Below are positions 29,041 through 38,300 of a DNA stretch of 64,000 nucleotides, one piece after another. The DNA comes from Chloropicon primus. Its lineage: Eukaryota. The position numbers and the translations under genes were made by a program. The DNA lies in NCBI GenBank assembly GCA_023205875.1, contig CP060755.1, positions 1 to 64,000 on the forward strand, given 5' to 3'. Below the pieces are notes generated by a model. The model had not been told where the DNA came from and ran no database searches. It saw only the letters and a program-made list of their open reading frames with translations. Numbering within the stretch: the stretch's first letter is position 1; every line of letters begins with the position of its first letter.

Positions 29041-31707
29041 CTAGTCCGACAGGACGACGTCAAAGACCTCGGAGATCTCGAGCTGGTCCTCCTCGATTTT
29101 GGCCCACAGCTTGAGGTTGCGGTGCAGGGACTCCAGCATGGGGGCCGTGGAGGGGAAGGCCGCGCAGAAGCTCGCGAAGAGGGGTACGACGACGACTTTG
29201 AAGAACCCGACCTGGCTCTTGGTGATCCCCGCCTTCTCCCGGTCCATGAGGGGGGACTTGGTGATGGCCCCGTTCTCCTCCTCCCGGTCCCCCTGAGCGA
29301 AGAACTCCTGCTCGAGCTTCTGCACCCACCTCAGGTGCACGCTGGAGTCGCAGTACACGTGGCCGATGTCGGCGCACTTGAGGCACACCTGGAGCGCCAG
29401 GGAGACTTCCTCCGGCTGCAGGCCGGACGAGTCCGCCGAGCCGGACTGGGCCTCCTCGGCGCTGGGGGAGGAGCACCCCTCGGACCCCACCGGGTCCGAG
29501 CTCAGCCTTCCGAGCTTCTTCTCGATGAGGCGGAACCTGCCGAGGACCTCGAAGTGGATCTTCATGTCCGTGGCGAGGACCATGGCGATCACCAACTTTC
29601 TCAATTTGATAAATACCTCCAAACTCGTGTTGGCAAAGATGTCGTACGGCTTCGTCAGCATCACGTCAAAGGCCGCAGAGATGTGGTGGTTCTCCAAGGG
29701 GCTCCTGTCGTTGTACTTGAGGGCCAAGTCGTCCTGGAACCGGACCAGAAAGTCGTTGTTCACGCCCTTGTGCTCGTAGTCGTGGATCAGGGCGGCCAGG
29801 AGGCCGGCCAAGATCTCCTCGTCGCCCGCCACCTCGGGCCCCAGGCCCTTGGTGAGCAAGGTGTACATGGACTGGAGCACGTTCGCCACGTGGGTCCTGT
29901 TGTGGTACGCGTTGGACACGGGGTACCCCGACTCGATCTTCAGGGCAAAGTGAAGGAACTGGGTCTCGTTGATCTCAAAGGTCTCGAACATGTTCAGCCG
30001 CTTGAACAGGTGGCAGGCGAGGACGGAGAGGGGGTGCCCCCCCGTGACCTCCTCCAGCTTGAAGGCGTCGAAGAGCCAGTCGTCCACCGTCTCGAGGACC
30101 TCCAAGACGGGCTTGGACTGGTCGATCCCCCTCGGGATGACGCCGTCCTCGCTCGCGGGCTCGAGGCCGCCCTCGTTGCCGCCCTCGTCCTCGGTGTCCA
30201 AGTCCATGGTGGAGTTCCGAGACAAGGACTTCTTCGCGTTGCTGTTCTCCCTGGCGCTCAGGGGCTGGGCCAGGACGTCCTTCAGGCCCTTCGGGTTGAG
30301 CATCTCGAACAGGCTCAGGCCCACCTCCCCCTCGAACCCCTTCTTGTTGGACAGGAGCATCTCCTCCAAGCGGTTCGGAGCCCTCAAGTTCTGGGTCCGC
30401 AGGGCCTGCTTCAGCCTCTGGATGTCCTCCTTCCCCGGCTGCTTGCCCGCCATGATGCTGTCCAACAGGGCGATGGTCTTGTCGACGGTGTTGTCCAGGT
30501 CCAGGGACCCCTTCGCGCCGTGCCCCTTGGCCCTCTTCAGCTCCACCTGGAGCTGCTTGTTCCTCGTCTCCAGGTCGTCCCGCTTGTCCTTGAGCTCCAG
30601 CTCGAGCTTCTTAGTCTCCTGCATGTTGGTCTGGTTCACCAGGATGGCCTGCAGCTGGGTGATGGGGTCCTTGGCCGCCCACATTTCGAACTCCACCCAC
30701 CGGTGCTTGCTCGGGTCCCGGCGCTTGGGCATCTTCATCTGGATCCGGAAGGACTCGAACTTCTCCACGAAGAGGACGTGCTGGATGTGCTCCAGGAGCT
30801 TCTCGGCCTTCTTCTCCTTGGCCTGCACGCTCGGGTCGAGGGCCGGGCCGTTGTTGTCCGGGTAGCTCACTGTCTCGTCCCAGTCCCCGCAGCACAGGAT
30901 GCTCCTCAGGTCCAGGACCCACGTCCTCGAGGCCGCGCCGTACTTCCTCTCGAAGAAGCTCTCGTAGAAGGTCACCGCGCAGGGGTTGGCCGTCAGCAGC
31001 TGGCCCTCCGTGCTGAACAGGAAGGTGAAGATGGGGCTGCTCTTGAGCATCTCAAGAGCCCGAAGGCTCTGGTTCATCGAGTTGAACAGGGAGGACTCCG
31101 CCGTGACCAGGCACACCTCGCTCGGCAGGCTGATCCCGGAGGCCTCGCTGAGGAGCCTCACGCCCCTGAACCGCACGGTGAAGACGTAGTGCAGCTGGGG
31201 GGAACCCGGCCCGAGCCCGGGGAGGCGGCACTGGAGCTGGCCCCTCGCGGCCTGGCTGCGGGCGCTGGAGCCCGCCGACGGCGACGAGGAGTTCCGGGAG
31301 GGCGACAGGACCCTCGCGGCCTCGTCAAAGAACGGCTTGGCGAAGTCCCCCTCGCAGTGCGCGAGGCTCAGGCCCCGGAAGTCCTCCACGCTGCGCTTGC
31401 CGTATAGGCTCAGGGCGGCCTTGTTCCCCCAGACGTTCTTGCGGGACCTGGGGTTGAGGAGCCAGACGGGCGTCTCGAGCTCGTCCATGCTCGCAAAGTG
31501 CCGGAGCTCGTACGCCTCGGGGGGCCGCTCGGTCGTCGTCGCCGCCGCCGCCTCGTCTCCGGGGCCGCTGGGCTCCACGAACCTCTGCCTCTTGTCGCTG
31601 AAGGACCTCGTCAGGGGCGGGCTCGAGGAGCTGGGCTTGGGGGGGGTCAGGCCCAGCTCCGCCGGCGGCTGAACCGGAGCGCCTGGAGTGGCGGTTCCCC
31701 TCTTCAT
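29041..31707 (-). CDS. Class I cyclic-nucleotide phosphodiesterase with an N-terminal PAS-like sensory region and coiled coil
   Basis: YHNRTHVANV, HDYEHKGVNN.FL, LENHH, LATDM and KCADIGH..W..EFFAQGD are the PDEase_I motifs. Confidence 0.92.
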   Translation of the reverse strand: MKRGTATPGAPVQPPAELGLTPPKPSSSSPPLTRSFSDKRQRFVEPSGPGDEAAAATTTERPPEAYELRHFASMDELETPVWLLNPRSRKNVWGNKAALSLYGKRSVEDFRGLSLAHCEGDFAKPFFDEAARVLSPSRNSSSPSAGSSARSQAARGQLQCRLPGLGPGSPQLHYVFTVRFRGVRLLSEASGISLPSEVCLVTAESSLFNSMNQSLRALEMLKSSPIFTFLFSTEGQLLTANPCAVTFYESFFERKYGAASRTWVLDLRSILCCGDWDETVSYPDNNGPALDPSVQAKEKKAEKLLEHIQHVLFVEKFESFRIQMKMPKRRDPSKHRWVEFEMWAAKDPITQLQAILVNQTNMQETKKLELELKDKRDDLETRNKQLQVELKRAKGHGAKGSLDLDNTVDKTIALLDSIMAGKQPGKEDIQRLKQALRTQNLRAPNRLEEMLLSNKKGFEGEVGLSLFEMLNPKGLKDVLAQPLSARENSNAKKSLSRNSTMDLDTEDEGGNEGGLEPASEDGVIPRGIDQSKPVLEVLETVDDWLFDAFKLEEVTGGHPLSVLACHLFKRLNMFETFEINETQFLHFALKIESGYPVSNAYHNRTHVANVLQSMYTLLTKGLGPEVAGDEEILAGLLAALIHDYEHKGVNNDFLVRFQDDLALKYNDRSPLENHHISAAFDVMLTKPYDIFANTSLEVFIKLRKLVIAMVLATDMKIHFEVLGRFRLIEKKLGRLSSDPVGSEGCSSPSAEEAQSGSADSSGLQPEEVSLALQVCLKCADIGHVYCDSSVHLRWVQKLEQEFFAQGDREEENGAITKSPLMDREKAGITKSQVGFFKVVVVPLFASFCAAFPSTAPMLESLHRNLKLWAKIEEDQLEISEVFDVVLSD

Positions 31708-32377
31708 CGCTGCGGACGTCCTGCTTTCGCTCTGCGTAAGGAAGGAAGAAACAAAGGAAGGAAGAAACAAAGGAAGGAAAGAGGTCTTTTCTTTTTTGTT
31801 TTTTCTTTTTTGTTTTTTGTTTTTTGTTTTTGTTTTTGTTTTTGTTTCCGGGTCAGCCCCCCTCCACGTATGCTTCCTTTCTCGTCATGCCTGTCCTCTT
31901 CGTCCTCGTGTGTTGGTCTGTGTCGAGTTCTAGTTCTCTGTCCCGCCCGTTCGTTTTGTGTGTTCCCGCGCGAGAAGTAACGCCCGTGCCGTCCCTCTCC
32001 GTTCTCCTGACCTCCCCCCCGTGATCTCCGCCTCTTTCGCGCTTCTCACCACGAACAGAACCTCGGAGCGGAGTACCACCAAATTCAACACTAGTACTCT
32101 GACATTTCACTTGTAACCCCCCACACGTTGATCTCGAGGATTAAACCTTCAAACCCTACAATATTGTAACGCGCGAACCAGGGGAATCACGGCGGAGGGG
32201 AACGAACAACATAGAGCCAGGGAGAGAGAGAGCACACGAGGGAGGGAGGGACACGACTGACACGACTGACACGACTGACACCATACACGCCAACACCACC
32301 GACACCATACACGCTTCTTTGGATTCATTGCTCCGCCCGCCTCTTCTCGCTGGAGCTGGAGGTGGACCTTGGAGAGG

Positions 32378-35300
32378 ATGAGGGCTTTGGGGGAGGGCCA
32401 TGAGGAGGGCCATGAGGAACGGCCGAGGGGGAGGGTCCAACCGCTGAGGGGCTTGACTTCCCGTCAACCGGCTCCCGGGGGTCCCACGACTCTGGCCTCC
32501 GTCGCGTGGCGGGGGCCTTGGACGGAGTCGTCGTCGCCTTGGACGGAGGCCGCCACCACAGCGACGGGGGACGCCATCACGAAGCGGCCGTTCAACAGGT
32601 TCTCGCGCGGCGTTCTGGAGGAGCCGAGGTGCCAAGCGATTTACGGGGGGTTCCTGGAGGGCCTGGAGGAGTTCGACAACGAGGCGTTCCGGATGAGCAA
32701 CTTGGAAAGCCTGACGACCGACGTGCAGCAGAGGCTCCTGCTGGAGGTGACCGCGGAGTGCGTGTCCGCGGCGGCGGCGACGAGCGCGGCACAGAGCACG
32801 GACGTCGCCGTCCACGTCGGAATCCTCGCCATGGAGTACGCCCTGAGCCTGGCGTTCGACTGGGGGAGTCCCCACGAGGTCTACTCCGTCACGGGCGCCG
32901 GCCTGAGCGTGGCCTCCGGAAGAATCTCCTTCGTGTTCGGGTTCACGGGCCCCGCCCTGACGGTGGACACGGCGTGCTCGTCCTCCCTGGTGGCTCTGCA
33001 CCTGGCGCACCGGCGCGCCAGGGAGGCCCAGTCGTCGTCGTCGTCCCTGGCGTGCGGGTCCAACGCCCTGGTGTCCAGGAGAACTTTCGAGGTCATCCAC
33101 CGGGCGGGGATGCTGGCCCCGGACGGGAGGTGCAAGACCCTCGACGCCTCGGCGAACGGGTACACGAGGGCGGAGGCCGTCCAGGCCGTCCTCCTGTCCA
33201 GCAACGGGGACGACGGCGGCGCCGCGACGGCGGTCGTCCTCGCCGGGGGAGCGGTGAACCAGGACGGGAGGTCCGCCTCCCTGACGGCCCCGAGCGGTCC
33301 CGCGCAGCAGGAGATGCTCCGCCTGGCCCTGGAGGACTCCCGCCTCGACGCGGGATTCGATGTGGAGGGGATCCAGATGCACGGCACGGGGTCCAGGCTC
33401 GGGGATCCCATCGAGGTCACCGCGATCGAGCAGAACTTCGCTTTCCGACGAAATCACCCGCTCTTTCTCTCGGCCTCCAAGTGCCTGGTGGGCCACGGGG
33501 AAGCGGCCGCGGGGCTCAACGGCGTCATCCAGGCCGTTGGAGTCGCGACCGGGGCCTCCGCAGCACCTTTCATTCACCTCAGGACGCTGAATCCGTACCT
33601 GCACAACGCGTTTGAGAGCGAGAACGGGGTGTCCTTCGTGGCGGCGAGGCAACCCATTCCCATTCCCTGCAGCACCACCGCGGAGGAGGGAGCAGGTGCC
33701 CACGGCGTCAGCGCATTCGCCTTTCAGGGCACGAATGCCCACGTCGTGCTCAGGCCCGTGGCGACTCGGGGATCCGGCACCACTGCTAGAAAGTCCCTGG
33801 ACAGACTGTGGAGGCGCAAGTTCTTCTGGTACGCCCACCCCAACCACCCGCTCCTCGGCAGCTTTGCGACGACTCTGAACATCCACAACGATCTGGTGGC
33901 GGAGGCCCGGGTGGACCTCGAGAGCCCAAGCCTGTCGTACCTGCATCAGTTCAAGCTGGGAGGCCGTTCGATTCTCGGCGTCTCCGTGTACCTCGACGCG
34001 GTGGGCTCCCTGGCATCTTCCATGCTGGGGGACGCCGACGCCAGCGGTCCGGCCAGGCAGTTTGCGATGTCCGAGATCGTGCTCGGGCCTCCCCGTAGGC
34101 TCGAAAGCGCCGCTCTCGTGAACCAGTTCATCTGCAGGCTCGACCCCAATTCCGGAGGCATCGCTTGCCGCGACTTGGGCGCCGAGGAGGAGGAAAGCTT
34201 GCTCGTGAGGAGGGAATTCGCCTGCATCGTCGCCGCGGCTCGTCCACCCAGCGCCGAGGAGGGAGGAACTGTCGGCAGCAGCGCTCCCTCGGGTCCATCA
34301 CTGGGCTCGCTGCTGAGACCCAGATCCCCGAGCATCACCGCGGGACCCGGGGAGGACCTGGCGAGGGAGTCCCACGTCGACCGGGACGTGCTCGCCTCGG
34401 TGTCCGGATTGGACTCGACCCACGTCCGGGACGACGATGTTTCCCTCGACGTGCTCAAGGCAGAGTGCGGCATGAGTTCCGTTTACGCTCACTTTGCCGG
34501 GGAGGTGGGATCCGGAAATCCGTGGGACCACGTGCCCTCCCTCCTGACCTCTCTGTGCTATCCGGCATCGATCGAGTGCTTCATCGTCGGACACGGGGTG
34601 AAGAGGCGGGGGCAAGAGGTCACGGTGGGCTGCACGGGCACGGAGCACGAGTCCCTGGAGAGTCCCCTCGGCAGCAGCTGCAGTTGGTTCGACGGGCGGG
34701 GCGCGGAGGAGGCCATGAGGACTCGCGGCGTTCATTGGTCTCCAATGATTTTCAGGTCGAAGCTCGTCAAGCCGATCGACGAGCTCGGGGCCAAGATCGG
34801 GTCTGCAGGAGGAAACGCGGAGAGGACCACAAAATCAAGGGAGGACTACGAGATCGTTGTGCAGAAGATCATCGAGGAGCTCGTAGGGGAATCCGTCGGA
34901 CTGGAAGAGTCCCTTCACGAGCACGCTGTTGATTCCTTCACCGCGGAGGAGGTCGCGACCCTGATCAGCCGGGAGGTTGGCTTGACAGTGACCGCGACGT
35001 TTGTGTTCGACTATCCGAACGTCAAACTGATGGCGGCACACATCCACGGAAAGCTCGGGGGAGGTGAGAAGAAGAAGAGAACTCCGGGGCTTGGGCGCTC
35101 TTTGGGAACGAGGGCAGGAGGGTCCCGGGGGAGCCGCAGATGCCCTGGTGTCGTGGCGATCCAGAGCGTGAGCGCGATGCTCCCGCACGGAAGCGGGGGT
35201 GCAAGCCACCAGCGGGATTGCATCAGCACCATCCCCCTGGCGAGGTGGGACCTGAACTTTGATTCGGTGGGAGCAGAGACTCTGCCGAGGTTCGGCGGAT

Positions 35301-38300
35301 TCATCGAGCTCCACAAGTGGTTCGACAACGCGTTGTTCAACACTTCTGTGGCCGAGAGCGAGCACATCGACTGCCGCCAGTGCTCCCTGCTGACGTGCTC
35401 GTTCGAGGCATTGATGCAGAGCGGGGGGGTTGACGAGGCCACGGGGGTCTTCGTGGGCATCCAGGCCATGCCAGCAGACAATCCCTTCGACTGCAGGCTC
35501 GGAATGACTGGCTACCATGGAACAGGCACGTCCATGAGCGTGGCCTGCGGAAGAATCTCGTACGTGTTTGGGTTCAAAGGGCCGTCTCTATGCATCGATA
35601 CCGCGTGCTCGTCCTCCCTGCTTGCTTTGCACCTGGGCAGGGAGAGACTGGACGCCCCCTCGTGCACAATTCAGCAGGCCCTCTCCTGCGGCGCGCACTG
35701 CTACCAATCTGACAAGGGGTTCCAAGTCATGATGGGTGCGGGGATGCTGGCCCCGGACGGGAGGTGCAAGACCCTCGACGCCTCGGCGAACGGGTACACG
35801 AGGGCGGAGGCCGTCCAGGCCGCCCTCCTGTCCAGGGAACCCGCCTCGTCTAGCAATGGCATTATGGCTGTCCTTGGCGGAGCGGTGAACCAGGACGGGA
35901 GGTCCGCCTCCCTGACGGCCCCGAGCGGTCCCGCCCAGCAGGAGATGCTCCACCTGGCCCTGGAAGACTCCCGCCTCGACGCCTTTGACGTGGAGGGCAT
36001 CCAGATGCACGGCACGGGGACCTTGCTGGGCGATCCCATCGAAATCGGTGCCCTCAGCAGTATCTTTGATGATTACTCTGGAACGACATCCGGCGGGGTC
36101 TTGCTCCTTTCTGGCATCAAGTGCACCGCAGGCCATGCGGAAGCGGCCGCGGGGCTCAACGGCGTCATCCAGGCCGTTGGAGTCGCGACCGGGGCCTCCG
36201 CAGCACCTTTCATTCACCTCAGGACGCTGAATCCGTACCTGCACAACGCGTTTGAGAGCGAGAACGGGGTGTCCTTCGTGGCGGCGAGGCAACCCATTCC
36301 CATTCCCTGCAGCACCACCGCGGAGGAGGGAGCAGGTGCCCACGGCGTCAGCGCATTCGCCTTTCAGGGCACGAATGCCCACGTCGTGCTCAGGCCCGTG
36401 GCGACTCGGGGATCCGGCACCACTGCTAGAAAGTCCCTGGACAGACTGTGGAGGCGCAAGTTCTTCTGGTACGCCCACCCCAACCACCCGCTCCTCGGCA
36501 GCTTTGCGACGACTCTGAACATCCACAACGATCTGGTGGCGGAGGCCCGGGTGGACCTCGAGAGCCCAAGCCTGTCGTACCTGCATCAGTTCAAGCTGGG
36601 AGGCCGTTCGATTCTCGGCGTCTCCGTGTACCTCGACGCGGTGGGCTCCCTGGCATCTTCCATGCTGGGGGACGCCGACGCCAGCGGTCCGGCCAGGCAG
36701 TTTGCGATGTCCAAGATTATTCTGGGCGAGCCCAAACTGCTGATGGATCAGTGGGAGGCGAGTTCTTCGAAAAGGACGAAGCAGACATCCTTCCTGAGAT
36801 GCGAGATCCACACGCTGCTCGGGCTTGCCAATTCCGGGTTCATCGAGTCGACCTCCAGTCCCACTGCAAGCTTTGCTGGCCACATCGAAAAGTCGCACAG
36901 CAGAATGTGGAATCATCACAACAAGAATCTTGAGGTCGGCCGAGAGATCTCCTCGTGGGGAGAACAAGCTGGAGGTGCGAGAGATCGGGAGCATCCTTCC
37001 ACGTGCGCCTCCGTCTACCTTCCAGGAATCGAGAACGGCGTGTCGGAATACGCCTTGCACCCTCTGATCTTTGAGAACACCACCTTGGCCTCTTCCGCGA
37101 CGGGGGAGAAGGGCATGCTTTTCCCCGTCCAGATGGCCCACGTCTCCTTGTCTGCGCCCCTGAAGCGGATCACCTGCCAGTCTGCGGAGATTCTCAACAC
37201 TTTGGGCGGAGTCAGCGTCTCGATGCAAAATACCGCCAGAATCACTGTCGAGGACATTGTGTACATGAAGCGCAGGGAGGAGGACATCCATGCGGGCCTC
37301 GCTCCCGCCAGCGCCGAGACGGTTGCGGCGAAGACGAGGCTAACTCCAGCAAGCGACGAGGACTACAATGCGTACACTCCAGAGGACTTCAGCGATTGCC
37401 AGAGCAGTTTCCAAGACATGTGCGAGCTGGTGAGCTCCGCCACAGTCGCGAGGGGCCACCACCCATTGAACGCACCAGGTTTTGCGGGCGGCGCAGATGT
37501 GGACATTGTGAAGCGACTCGTTTTCGAGATCACAGGTGAGGATGAGATTACGGACGACGAGCCGCTCATCGGAGCGGGTCTGGACTCCATCGCTTCCCTG
37601 GAGCTGCGGACGAAGCTTCAGGACATGCTGGGGGTCCAGCTGCCGGTCACCTTGCTGCACGACCATCCTTGCATCTCGTCCTTGAGGACTCTGGTGGAGA
37701 CCACGAGTCAGACCCTCAGCAGCCACGGGGGGGACGGGCAGAGCAGCTTGAGCGTGCAGAGCGAGCACTTCCAGGCTGCGCTCTACTTGCCGCTCCTCTT
37801 CAAGACTGCTTTCGTTGCTTCGTGCACGAGGAAGGAAGACCATTTCCTTCCGTTCTGGTATCCAGCGTTGGTGTACTTTGTGGCCGTATTCGTTCCCATC
37901 TTTTGGGTCTTTGAAAAGCTGCAACACTACGTGCTCTATGTCCTGGACGGCAAGTACAGAGAGTACCAGGTGAACCTGCTTCCGATCGACGGCGCGGAGG
38001 AGGACGAGGATGCAGCGAAGGAGAAGATAGTCCCGCTCACTCAGGATGATGCCTCTGTTTCCCACATCTACGTCTCGGCCTGCCTGGAGTTCGATGACAT
38101 TGTTCCAGAGGTGAACCTGTGCAACAGTCTCCAGATTGCCTTGAGCCACTTCCCGTCCTTGGCGGGAAACCTCGTGAGGAGTGGCCGGAACATGTACCTC
38201 AAGTACGGGGGCAAATCAGATTTTGTGAGGGTCCTGGCTCACGAGTACAAGAGGAGAAAGGACATGCACTTCAAGTCCGGAATGATACAGGAGCCCGCTG

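Noticed and set aside
29122..37291. Long antisense ORFs (for example 29122-31407, 32156-33946, 35588-37291)
   Set aside because: These are shadow frames of GC3-rich genes on the opposite strand with no independent motifs. The same applies to similar overlapping ORFs across the window.
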